NCBI GenBank assembly: GCA_963713865.1
Contig: OY970208.1
Location: 1,176,520 to 1,240,519 of the forward strand
Reading direction: 5' to 3'
From: an uncultured candidate division Zixibacteria bacterium
GTDB taxonomy: Bacteria; Zixibacteria; MSB-5A5; RBG-16-43-9
DNA: 64,000 nucleotides
Both the position numbers and the translations under genes were made by a program. This document shows, in pieces, positions 9,939 to 19,145 of the stretch (its first letter is position 1; each line of letters opens with the position of its first letter). The notes below the pieces were generated by a model that was not told the origin of the DNA, did no database searches, and saw only the letters and a program-made list of their open reading frames with translations.

Positions 9939-10283
9939 TCAGATATGATTCAGCATCTCATCTGCTATCTGGTTAGCCTTTTCCCAGTCTTCTTCTGAAA
10001 CCCAAAGGCTAACCTCTACAAGTGAAGTAGTTGAATAGCTCCCTAACATTATCCCGATATCCTCACCTTTGATTATGGCGGAAATTCCTGAATTCTGAAG
10101 CGATTCTTTAAGCATTTCTGCATAGAGTCTACTGGGCAGGTTTCGCAGGAGTTTATATTTTATTTCCCCTGGCGTTTCTTCTGGGGACTCCTCCGGAAGT
10201 TCTTCAACTAAAGGCAGGTCGCAGTCACTGCATTTTTCTATACCGGGATTATATTCTGTTTTGCATTTGGGACAGTAGGGCAT
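9939..10283 (-). CDS. Small zinc-ribbon protein (CPKC...CSDC) of unknown function
   Basis: 114 aa; N-terminal CxxC-x12-CxxC. Confidence 0.4.
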   Translation of the reverse strand: MPYCPKCKTEYNPGIEKCSDCDLPLVEELPEESPEETPGEIKYKLLRNLPSRLYAEMLKESLQNSGISAIIKGEDIGIMLGSYSTTSLVEVSLWVSEEDWEKANQIADEMLNHI

Positions 10284-10508
10284 AAAGCTCCTTTTTTATT
10301 TTTTGGAGTGTCCCGCCTTTGGCGGGGTTAATGCATAATATTTAATCGTAGCGGAGGTCTTCAGACCTCCAATTTTCTCATAGTGTGACCCTTTTATGGT
10401 CGCAAGAAGCGAGGCTGAAGCTTCGCATTAGAACTCATACCCACCTTGCGCGCAAGGTGGGTTTACCGATTGAGGCAGGAGTTCAATTCCTGCCCCAGCT
10501 AAGAGGGT
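10284..10508. repeat. Hairpin-rich intergenic array (at least 5 GC-rich stem-loops, with repeated gggtttaccgatt lead-ins)
   Basis: Inverted repeats cccgcc/ggcggg, ggaggtc/gacctcc, cccaccttgcg/cgcaaggtggg, ggcagga/tcctgcc, ggaag/cttcc read from sequence. Confidence 0.6.
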
Positions 10509-11441
10509 TTACCGATTCGGAAGGCTGAAATCTTCCGCTACAGCTTTTCTCACAAATCCACCTGCTTTTCTTAATCTTTTTTCTGCTTCAATTTTTTCAA
10601 CTTTAGCAAGTATCATTACCAGAGCGGTTTTTACTTTACCTCCTGAAAGACGGAGATATTTTTCAGCCTGTTTATAATTGACTCCAGTAACCTCCATAAT
10701 AATACGCTTTGATCTTTCGGATAGTTTCTGACTTTTTACCTGCAGGTCAACCATCAGATTCTGATAAACTTTGCCCATTTTTATCATAGAGCAGGTGGTG
10801 AGCATATTCAAAATCAGCTTCTGGGCAGTTCCGGCTTTCATCCGGGTAGAGCCGGTTATAACCTCAGGACCTAAGACCGGGGAGATTGTTACATCTGGCT
10901 TAACTTTGAGCTTTTTCCCAGGGTTACAGAAAACAAATATAGTTTTTGCTCTTACTTTTTTAGCATATTTCAAAGCACCCAGGACATAAGGGGTTCTTCT
11001 GGATGCGGCTATTCCCACTACTACATCTTGTTTTTTTAATCCCACTTTTTTTAAATCTGTAGCTCCGGCTTTGAGATTATCCTCTACTCCTTCTCTTGAC
11101 CTTATCAAACATTTATATCCACCCGCGATGATTCCCTTTATCATTCTCGGGTCAGTTCCAAAAGTCGGAGGACATTCTGCCGCATCCAATACTCCTATTC
11201 TCCCGCTGGTCCCGGCTCCGATGTAAAAAAGTCTGCCACCTTTTTTAAAAGATTTTACAATAAGCTCAACACCTCTGACTATCTGGGGAATGACTTTTTC
11301 AATAGATTTAGGGACTGTTTTATCCTCAGCATTAATCAGTCTCAAAATCTGTAGGGTGGATTTCGAGTCAATGTCAAAAGTAGCAGGATTTCTTGCTTCG
11401 GTAATTAAATTTTTGATCTCGTTAAAGACTTTTCTGGACAA
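10509..11441 (-). CDS. murQ: N-acetylmuramic acid 6-phosphate etherase (SIS domain)
   Basis: YIGAGTSGRIGVLDAAECPPTFG and overall MurQ-like sequence. Confidence 0.85.
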   Translation of the reverse strand: MSRKVFNEIKNLITEARNPATFDIDSKSTLQILRLINAEDKTVPKSIEKVIPQIVRGVELIVKSFKKGGRLFYIGAGTSGRIGVLDAAECPPTFGTDPRMIKGIIAGGYKCLIRSREGVEDNLKAGATDLKKVGLKKQDVVVGIAASRRTPYVLGALKYAKKVRAKTIFVFCNPGKKLKVKPDVTISPVLGPEVITGSTRMKAGTAQKLILNMLTTCSMIKMGKVYQNLMVDLQVKSQKLSERSKRIIMEVTGVNYKQAEKYLRLSGGKVKTALVMILAKVEKIEAEKRLRKAGGFVRKAVAEDFSLPNR

Positions 11442-11460
11442 AAAATATTGCTCCAGTTAC

Positions 11461-12207
11461 TTAAAAAGTAGTTACATATATGATGGCTTTTCGAGCAATA
11501 ACTCCAGCACCAATTGTTCCTTTTGCTCCGGATATATTATTAGCCGGCAGACCCGTAGGGAGATCAAATGGTGTATCAGGATAACTTACAAAACTTTTGT
11601 TGTAGGCTACGATATAGATCAAGTAATAACCATATACTGGATTCCCCATTCCTGTTGTATAAAAAGCCTGTTGGGGGATGCTTATGGGTGAGCCATCAAC
11701 CGTGGCACTGTACAATAGAGCTCCAGAAATAGTATCACCCTTGGCAACACCAATTATATATCCATCAGCATTATTTGAGGTTGTCCAGCTTACTTGAATA
11801 GGAAGGTCCTGTATCCTAAAAGTATCTTTGTTTGGAGAAGTTTGAGCACTAAAAGTATCCGGCATAGTAAAACCGAAAGTTATAGTTACAGTATCCTGTG
11901 AACTTATGATGGAATCAGTATAGGCGGTTTTCACATGGAAAGTAGTATCCGCAAAAAGAGAATCATATAAACCGGAACCGCTATTGAGTATGGTTTTATT
12001 TCCTACTTTGACAGTTGCACTATTGTAAAGAGTGTCATTTCTCGAAATGGTGAAATAGACAATATCTTTTGAGAAATTCATATCCTTAACCACTGCTCCA
12101 TAGATAGTGAAAGTCGGTTTTTTAGAGCTTGGTCCAGTGGGTTTCTTTCCGCAGGAGTAACCAAATAATAAAACTGCAGTCATCAAAAATAAAATTATCT
12201 TTCTCAT
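11461..12207 (-). CDS. Lipoprotein, function unknown
   Basis: Signal peptide ending in lipobox-like GYSCG; no recognisable domain. Confidence 0.45.
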   Translation of the reverse strand: MRKIILFLMTAVLLFGYSCGKKPTGPSSKKPTFTIYGAVVKDMNFSKDIVYFTISRNDTLYNSATVKVGNKTILNSGSGLYDSLFADTTFHVKTAYTDSIISSQDTVTITFGFTMPDTFSAQTSPNKDTFRIQDLPIQVSWTTSNNADGYIIGVAKGDTISGALLYSATVDGSPISIPQQAFYTTGMGNPVYGYYLIYIVAYNKSFVSYPDTPFDLPTGLPANNISGAKGTIGAGVIARKAIIYVTTF

Positions 12208-13433
12208 CTTAACCCCTCCAATCCGCCTACGGCGGATTTAAAGTTTTTCATCCTCTCTAAAGCTTCTTTTATCTTATCCTCAGGTACGGTCAAAGAGAAT
12301 CTTAAATACCCTTCACCTTCAGAACCCAAGCCAGAGCCGGGTGTGGTTAATACCCCGGCCTTTTTTAAAAGCTCTAAACTAATCCTCTTTGAACTTTTTT
12401 TACCGGGTATTTTAGCCCAGACAAAAATTCCTCCTCTGGGTAATTCAACTTCCCAGCCTAAGGATTTCAAAGCCGGAACTAAAATATCTCTCCTATTCTT
12501 ATATGTTCGACATAATTCTTTCGTAACTTGAGGAGGAAGTGAAAGTGCAGTTATGGCAGCTTTTTGAATCACGTGAAATACCCCTGAATCCAGATTTGCT
12601 TTCAAATTCCGTAAAACCCGGATAAGTTTTCTGTTCCCCACTACAAATCCCAGTCTCCAGCCAGTCATAGAGTAAGTCTTGGAAAAAGAATGAAACTCCA
12701 AAGTATGTTCTTTTGCACCGGGAATCTCTAAAAGGCTAAAAGATTTCTCCCTATCAAAAGTTATCTCCGAATAAGCCATATCGTTGCATAAAATTATTTT
12801 ATTCTTTCTGGCAAAGCTTGTTGCTTTTTCCAGGAATTTTTCTGGAGCTAAAGCCCCGGTGGGATTATTAGGATAATTCAGGTATAAAAGTTTTGTTTTA
12901 GCTAAGACTTTCTTATTGATTTTATCTAAATCCGGAAGCCAGTTGTTTTTCTTTAAAAGAGGGGTTTCATAGATTTTCCCTCCTGAAATAATGACTCCTC
13001 TTTTATAGGCAGGATAAGCTGGGTTAGGAACAATAGCATAATCCTGGGGATTCAAAAAAGCCAAAGGCAGATGAGTCAATCCCTCTTTTGAGCCTATTAA
13101 AATTAAAACCTCTTCTTCCGGATCAAGTTTGACTTTGAATCTGCGGTAAAACCAATCAGCGATTGCTTTCTTTAGCTCGACTATCCCTTCATAAACCGGA
13201 TGACGGTGATTTTCCGGGTTGTCTGCTTCTTTTTTTAGAGTCTCGATAACCTCTTTAGGCGGAGGCAGGTCCGGATTACCAGCAGATAAGTCGATTACTT
13301 CAATTCCAGAGTTTATGGCTTTTCTTTTCGCCTCAGCCATCTCGGAGAAGACATATTTGCCTAAGGAGGATAAGTTTTTCATTCGGTCTGAGATTTTCTC
13401 TTGGAGATTAGTTTTCTTTTTCATTTTGTTCAA
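12204..13433 (-). CDS. PLP-dependent aminotransferase, class I/II (aspartate / LL-DAP aminotransferase-like)
   Basis: SFSKTYSMTGWRLGF PLP-lysine motif; 409 aa; 4-bp overlap with downstream gene. Confidence 0.8.
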   Translation of the reverse strand: MNKMKKKTNLQEKISDRMKNLSSLGKYVFSEMAEAKRKAINSGIEVIDLSAGNPDLPPPKEVIETLKKEADNPENHRHPVYEGIVELKKAIADWFYRRFKVKLDPEEEVLILIGSKEGLTHLPLAFLNPQDYAIVPNPAYPAYKRGVIISGGKIYETPLLKKNNWLPDLDKINKKVLAKTKLLYLNYPNNPTGALAPEKFLEKATSFARKNKIILCNDMAYSEITFDREKSFSLLEIPGAKEHTLEFHSFSKTYSMTGWRLGFVVGNRKLIRVLRNLKANLDSGVFHVIQKAAITALSLPPQVTKELCRTYKNRRDILVPALKSLGWEVELPRGGIFVWAKIPGKKSSKRISLELLKKAGVLTTPGSGLGSEGEGYLRFSLTVPEDKIKEALERMKNFKSAVGGLEGLR

Positions 13434-13546
13434 AGTTAATCACTCTTAATTTCATAATGTAATATGAACTCTATTCAAAGCAAGCCTTTTTTGAAGTTTA
13501 AAAATGCGATTGAAAGAGGATGTTTTCCCCCTTTCATTATAGGGAA

Positions 13547-13563
13547 GGGTCAGGGTGAGGTCA
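13547..13563 (+). repeat. GGGTCAGGGTGAGGTCA core of dispersed intergenic repeat (copy 2 of 6)
   Basis: Near-identical 17-mers at 4169, 13547, 17592, 17826, 38772, 63521, each preceded by a CCCCTC...GAGGG-type hairpin. Confidence 0.75.
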
Positions 13564-13709
13564 AAATAAATAAAAAAGGACAGGATAATGTTCTATCCCT
13601 GCAAGAACTGTAACATACGATGTTTCTGTCCGAGAAGTGGATCTGTAGGATCAGACGTTAAAAGTGAAAAATATAAGGGACAGGACGCTATCCTGTCCCT
13701 ACAGAAAAT

Positions 13710-16475
13710 CTACTCCGTTACCTCTTTACTTATCTTTCCCAGAGTCGCTTGCGCAGCAGCTAAGCGGGCAATCGGGACTCTGAAGGGTGAACAACTTACA
13801 TAGTCTAAGCCTAATCTGTGGCATATCATAATCGAATCCGGGTCTCCACCGTGTTCTCCGCAGATACCGATCTTCAAATCTGGCCTTTTTCCTCTTCCCT
13901 TTTTCACTCCCAGCTCCATCAACTGCCCCACACCATTGGCATCAATAGATACAAACGGGTCTTTGGGAATAATTTTATGCTCGACATAATATTTGATAAA
14001 TTTACCTGAATCATCCCTGGAAAATCCATATACGGTCTGGGTTAAATCATTGGTGCCGAAGGAGAAGAACTCCGCCTCTGAGGCGATCTCATCTGCGGTT
14101 AAGCAGGCTCGGGGTATTTCGATCATTGTGCCGACTAAATATTTTAGTTTAACCTTATATTTCTTCATAGTCTCTTCAGCTACTCTTACCACAACCTCCC
14201 TCTGATTTCTAAATTCATTTATATGACCCACTAAAGGAATCATCACCTCTGGCACAACCATCTTTCCTGCCCTGGCTAACTCGCAGGCAGCTTCAAAAAT
14301 AGCTCTGGCTTGCATCTCAGTTATCTCAGGAAATACAATGCCCAATCTGCAACCCCGGTGTCCTAACATGGGGTTGAACTCATGCAGCTCCTCTATCCGG
14401 GCTAAAAGCTTTTCCTTTTCTTTAATTTTTTCCTCATCTTCACCTTTAACTTTCATCACTGCTATCTCCACCATCAGCTCCTCGCGGTTAGGAAGGAACT
14501 CGTGCAGAGGAGGGTCTAAGGTGCGAATGGTTACTGGATGGCCTTTCATGGTTTCAAACAGTCCTTTGAAATCGCTCTTCTGAAAAGGTAAAAGCTTATC
14601 TAAGGCTATCTCTCTTTCCTCTTTAGTCTTGGCTAAAATCATCTCCTGTACAATGGGAAGTCTATCCTTGGCAAAGAACATATGCTCGGTCCGGCAGAGT
14701 CCTATCCCTTCGGCCCCGAATTTCATAGCCTGAGCCGCATCCCTGGGAATATCTGCATTTGTCCTGACCTTGAGTCTCCTCACCTCATCTGCCCATTTCA
14801 TAAATTCACCGAACTCACCGGTTAACTCTGGCTCGATAGTAGGAACCTCACCCAAGATCACCTCACCCGTCGAACCGTTTAAAGAGATGATATCCCTTTC
14901 CCTTATAACCAACCCGCCAACGCTGAAAACTTTCCTCTGTTCATTGACTTTGATCTCCTCACATCCAGCCACACAGCATTTTCCCATACCCCTGGCAACC
15001 ACTGCTGCATGAGAGGTCATTCCACCTCTGGCAGTTAAAATCCCTTGAGCTACTGCCATTCCGTGAATATCATCCGGATTGGTTTCCTGGCGTACCAGTA
15101 TTACTTTTTCACCACTCTGGGTTAATTTAACTGCATCCTCTGCTGAAAAGACTACCTTACCAGTAGCCGCACCCGGTGAGGCGGCTAATCCCTTGGCAAT
15201 GACATTTGTCTGTGCTTTGGGATCGATCCTTTTATGCAGAAGCTGGTCTAATTGGGCTGGCTCTATTCTCATTAATGCTTCTTCTCTGGTGATCAGTTTC
15301 TCCTTCACCATATCTACAGCTATTTTAACTGCGGCTGGAGCAGTTCTTTTTCCAGTACGGGTCTGAAGCATATAGAGTTTATTTTCCTGCACGGTGAACT
15401 CGAAGTCCTGAATATCCCGGAAATGTTTTTCCAATTTGGTAGTTATCTCTTTCAATTCTTTAAAAACCCTGGGCATCTCCTTTTCCAATTCCTCTATCGG
15501 CTTGGGTGTTCTAATCCCGGCTACTACATCCTCACCCTGAGCATTTATTAGATATTCACCGTAAAACCTTTTTTCTCCCGTAGAAGGGTTTCGGGTAAAT
15601 CCTACGCCAGTACAGGAATTCTCACCCATATTCCCGAAGACCATAGTCTGAATATTAACTGCAGTCCCTAAATCTCCCGGGATATTATTTAACCGGCGAT
15701 AAGTAATAGCCCTGGGATTATTCCAGGATTTGAAAACTGCCTCAATTGACATCTCTAACTGCTTGTAAGAATCCTGCGGAAACTCCTCTCCGGTTTTATG
15801 TCTTATCTTGTTTTTATATTTCTGAATGATCTCCTTTAAGTCCTCCACACTCAATGAGGTATCCAGCTTGATATTCTTGTCCTCTTTTTTCTTCTGGATT
15901 ATCTCTTCGAACTCAGATTTATCCAGGCTCATTACCACGTTTCCGAACATCTGGATAAACCGGCGATAGGAATCATAGGCAAACCTTTCGTTCCTGGTCT
16001 TCTTGATTAATCCCTGGACGGTTTTATCATTCAAGCCCAGGTTCAGAATAGTATCCATCATACCGGGCATAGAGAATTTTGCACCGGAGCGGACTGAAAG
16101 GAGGAGGGGATGTGTGATGTCTCCGAATTTCGTTCCATATATTTTCTCCAATCTCAACATATTCATTTTAAGCTCTTTAAGAAGCTCTCTGGGAAGTCTC
16201 ATATCGTTTTTGTAGAATATGTTACATACTTTGGTAGTGATGGTGAAACCAGGTGGAACTGGAGTACCGATGTTGGTCATCTCAGCCAGACCTGAGCCTT
16301 TGCCTCCTAAGAGGTCTTTTAACTCTCTACCTCCATCCGCTTTTCCTCCACCAAAAAAGTATATATATTTATCAGCTTTATGGGAAAGAGGGGCTGGCTT
16401 AGCTACCTTCATACTTTTACCTGCCTTCTTAGTGGGCTTTTCCTTCTTTGTTACTTTTTTCACTTTCTTTGGCAT
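13710..16475 (-). CDS. ppdK: Pyruvate, phosphate dikinase with Lys-rich N-terminal extension
   Basis: GGMTSHAAVVARGMGKCCVAGC phospho-His region; PEP-utilizing C-terminal domain; 921 aa. Confidence 0.95.
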   Translation of the reverse strand: MPKKVKKVTKKEKPTKKAGKSMKVAKPAPLSHKADKYIYFFGGGKADGGRELKDLLGGKGSGLAEMTNIGTPVPPGFTITTKVCNIFYKNDMRLPRELLKELKMNMLRLEKIYGTKFGDITHPLLLSVRSGAKFSMPGMMDTILNLGLNDKTVQGLIKKTRNERFAYDSYRRFIQMFGNVVMSLDKSEFEEIIQKKKEDKNIKLDTSLSVEDLKEIIQKYKNKIRHKTGEEFPQDSYKQLEMSIEAVFKSWNNPRAITYRRLNNIPGDLGTAVNIQTMVFGNMGENSCTGVGFTRNPSTGEKRFYGEYLINAQGEDVVAGIRTPKPIEELEKEMPRVFKELKEITTKLEKHFRDIQDFEFTVQENKLYMLQTRTGKRTAPAAVKIAVDMVKEKLITREEALMRIEPAQLDQLLHKRIDPKAQTNVIAKGLAASPGAATGKVVFSAEDAVKLTQSGEKVILVRQETNPDDIHGMAVAQGILTARGGMTSHAAVVARGMGKCCVAGCEEIKVNEQRKVFSVGGLVIRERDIISLNGSTGEVILGEVPTIEPELTGEFGEFMKWADEVRRLKVRTNADIPRDAAQAMKFGAEGIGLCRTEHMFFAKDRLPIVQEMILAKTKEEREIALDKLLPFQKSDFKGLFETMKGHPVTIRTLDPPLHEFLPNREELMVEIAVMKVKGEDEEKIKEKEKLLARIEELHEFNPMLGHRGCRLGIVFPEITEMQARAIFEAACELARAGKMVVPEVMIPLVGHINEFRNQREVVVRVAEETMKKYKVKLKYLVGTMIEIPRACLTADEIASEAEFFSFGTNDLTQTVYGFSRDDSGKFIKYYVEHKIIPKDPFVSIDANGVGQLMELGVKKGRGKRPDLKIGICGEHGGDPDSIMICHRLGLDYVSCSPFRVPIARLAAAQATLGKISKEVTE

Positions 16476-16747
16476 TTTTTACCTCCAAATAATTGTTTAA
16501 CCAGACCAACTAATTCAAAAGATTACATTAATACGGAAAATCTTATAAAAATCAAGTAAATTCTGAAAGAATTTGAAAAATGGGGAGGAATAAATAGCGA
16601 TTATTTAGACAAAAATAGTCTAACCTATTGGGTGTCAACGACTTGATTTAGAGTAATTATGGGGTGCGTCATATGGATGCTGCATCCGTAGGATACACTC
16701 CAAAGGTAAAAAGGCATTAACATGGTTAATGCACTCCAAAAAATATT

Positions 16748-17251
16748 TTACTCTGCTTTCTGGATGGTTCGGATTATCTCGTATTCGGAGTTTGCATTAA
16801 GGAGTTCTTCCCTGAATGAATCTGAGTGGAGAAGCTCTGCTAAGGCTTTGAATACCTTTAAGTAAAGGACATCGTCATAGGGTGGAGCGGCGGAGATGAA
16901 AAAAAGGTGAACTGGCTCTTTATCTAAAGAATCAAATTCATACCCTTCTTTTGAGCGTGCAAAACCAATAACAAAATCCCGTACCTGCATAGTCCTCACG
17001 TGAGGTATGGCAATCCCTTTGCCTATGGCAGTGGAGGCTTTTTTCTCCCGGTTTAGAAGATCCAAGAAGAGCTTATGTTTATTGCAGACCTTGCCAGATT
17101 TATCTAAAAGCTCAACTAAATCCTCTAAAATAGCTTCTTTTATGATCCAGAGCTTTTTTTGCTGAGAGATTTCCTTTTCCGGATCGAACTCGACTTTCGT
17201 ATCCAGCTCTAATTTGATAAGCTCTGGTTTAAAAAATCGGGACAGGTTCAA
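16748..17251 (-). CDS. PTS EIIA type-2 (PtsN/fructose-family) domain protein
   Basis: GKGIAIPHVRT phospho-His motif. Confidence 0.7.
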   Translation of the reverse strand: MNLSRFFKPELIKLELDTKVEFDPEKEISQQKKLWIIKEAILEDLVELLDKSGKVCNKHKLFLDLLNREKKASTAIGKGIAIPHVRTMQVRDFVIGFARSKEGYEFDSLDKEPVHLFFISAAPPYDDVLYLKVFKALAELLHSDSFREELLNANSEYEIIRTIQKAE

Positions 17252-17591
17252 TTCAAAATCTCCTTTTATCCACTCTTATCGGAAAACCAAAGAAAAACTT
17301 TTCAAAAATTACTTGAATTCATAATCCAGAATATAATTTTATTCTTTCCAGAGGTAAGATAATAAGTAATTTATATTATCTCAACTTATTAATTATATTT
17401 TCGAGCCAGGGAGTAATTTTTATTTTATCTATAATGAATTGTGGGAGAAGGATAGAAATTTAAAGTCTAAAGATAGAGTCTTCCTTTCTAGGACAGTAAA
17501 AAGGTTTAGTCTATAAATTTAATTTGGAGTGTATTGACCATGTCAATGCTCCCCTCTCACTACCCGCGAAACGGGTCTGTAGAACGGGAGA

Positions 17592-17633
17592 GGGTCAGGG
17601 TAGGGTCATCGTAGAGAGCAGACAAGATGTCTG
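17592..17633 (+). repeat. Dispersed repeat copy: GGGTCAGGGTAGGGTCA plus ACAGACAAGATGTCTG hairpin
   Basis: Same composite unit recurs at 17826-17869 and 38772-38821. Confidence 0.75.
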
Positions 17634-17825
17634 ATATACCGACACTTTGTAAAAACAGGTTCTTTGGAGTACATCCTACAGATGTAGCATCATTACGGAT
17701 GATGCACTCTATAAGTTACTATCCTGAAAGGGTCGCACTACATTTCCCCCCTCCCTGTCCGAGAAGCGGAGACTACATCTGGCGTCCTACGGACGGGCTG
17801 GCTCGTAGCCACCGTAGGATAGGAG

Positions 17826-17869
17826 AGGGACAGGGTGAGGTAAGAGAAACGAACAGACAAGATGTCTGT
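17826..17869 (+). repeat. Dispersed repeat copy: GGGACAGGGTGAGGTAA plus ACAGACAAGATGTCTGT hairpin
   Basis: See 17592 and 38772. Confidence 0.75.
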
Positions 17870-17880
17870 TCCACCAATTG

Positions 17881-18666
17881 TCAAGGTAGAAGTTCACCAC
17901 TGAAAATTGTTACTGCCTGCCCACCCAGATATACTCGATTCCCAGCTACCCGAACCTTTACAATCCCTCCACGAGCTGAAGCTTGATATGCTATAAATTC
18001 ACTCTTATTGAGCTTGCGACTCCAATAGGGTCCGAGACAGCAATGCGCCGAGCCAGTTACTGGATCCTCATTAATACCTACTGCAGGTGCAAAAAATCTT
18101 GAGACGAAATCATATCCTCTGGTAATTGCCGAGCTGGTGACAATGACGCTTCCAATTTCCGGTTTTCCCAGGATTGAAAAATCTGGTTTTAAATTTCTGA
18201 TTGACTCCTCCGATTCCAGTTCTACAAGATACATAAACCCGCATTTTCCAACATGCAGAGGTGTACTCCTTAAGCCCCTCTCAAGATCAGGTGGAGCTTT
18301 TACTGTCTCCTCATACAGGGCTGGGAAATCAAGCTCGATCCATTGGCTCTTTAATTTAGCTTTCAAAAGTCCGCTAAGGGTATGAAATTTTGCTTCTTCC
18401 TCCGCTTTCAAATATCCTTCGGTGAAAAGAATATGGGCACTGGCTAAAGTAGCATGACCGCAGAGATTAACCTCGAGCTTTGGAGTAAACCAGCGCAAAT
18501 TGTATCCCTCAGATTGTCTGAGTAAAAATGCAGTCTCGGATAAATTCATCTCACTGGCTATATTCTGCATCCAGTTTTCGTCTTTCGGTTCAGGCAATAT
18601 GCAGACTGCAGCCGGATTTCCTGAAAATGGTTTATCGGTAAAGGCATCCACCTGATAAATTTTCAC
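17881..18666 (-). CDS. PhzF-family isomerase (phenazine biosynthesis protein-like)
   Basis: MKIYQVDAFTDKPFSGNPAAVC N-terminus and length typical of PhzF/YddE. Confidence 0.85.
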   Translation of the reverse strand: MKIYQVDAFTDKPFSGNPAAVCILPEPKDENWMQNIASEMNLSETAFLLRQSEGYNLRWFTPKLEVNLCGHATLASAHILFTEGYLKAEEEAKFHTLSGLLKAKLKSQWIELDFPALYEETVKAPPDLERGLRSTPLHVGKCGFMYLVELESEESIRNLKPDFSILGKPEIGSVIVTSSAITRGYDFVSRFFAPAVGINEDPVTGSAHCCLGPYWSRKLNKSEFIAYQASARGGIVKVRVAGNRVYLGGQAVTIFSGELLP

Positions 18667-18746
18667 TTTTTGCTCCTTTAAGTTGTGTCATGAGCTACTC
18701 CTGACATTGTATTATTCTCTGTCAGGTCCGGGACCTGACAGAACTA

Positions 18747-19145
18747 CTAATTCGGCTTGCATTTACAGTGCTCCTTATACATACACTTATCCATGACTAC
18801 GGTTAAACCTGCATCCGAAGCCTTTTTAGCTGATTCCTCATTTACTATCCCTTCCTGCATCCAGATAACCTTTGCCTTGATCTTAATTGCCTGCTCTACT
18901 ACTGGAGGCACATCCTCTGATCTTCTGAAAATATCCACGATATCTATTTTATCCGGAATGGAGATTAAATCCGGATAAGATTTCTCACCTAAAATCTCTT
19001 TTTCATTCGGATTCACCGGGATAATTTTATAACCCTGGGATTGCAGATATCTTGCTACTGAATAGCTGGGCCGGGTAGGGTTGGAGGAAAGTCCTACTAT
19101 AGCTATAGTTTTGTTATCATTAAAGATTTTCTCCATTATATTCAT
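18747..19145 (-). CDS. CoA-binding domain protein (YccU-like)
   Basis: KTIAIVGLSSNPTRPSYSVARYL...IIPVNP. Confidence 0.8.
   Translation of the reverse strand: MNIMEKIFNDNKTIAIVGLSSNPTRPSYSVARYLQSQGYKIIPVNPNEKEILGEKSYPDLISIPDKIDIVDIFRRSEDVPPVVEQAIKIKAKVIWMQEGIVNEESAKKASDAGLTVVMDKCMYKEHCKCKPN

Noticed and set aside
10455-10485. tRNA/tmRNA-like T-arm (GGCAGGA-GTTCAAT-TCCTGCC)
   Set aside because: No acceptor stem, D-arm, anticodon arm or tag-peptide reading frame could be assembled around it; it is one of several similar hairpins in the array.
13818-16500. Multiple 60-95 aa plus-strand ORFs inside ppdK
   Set aside because: Antisense to a confidently identified long gene; low-complexity Ser/Leu-rich translations typical of antisense frames.
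17627-17986. 119-aa plus-strand ORF
   Set aside because: Lies entirely over the dispersed repeat elements and the antisense of phzF; composition (Pro/Arg-rich) looks like translated repeat DNA.
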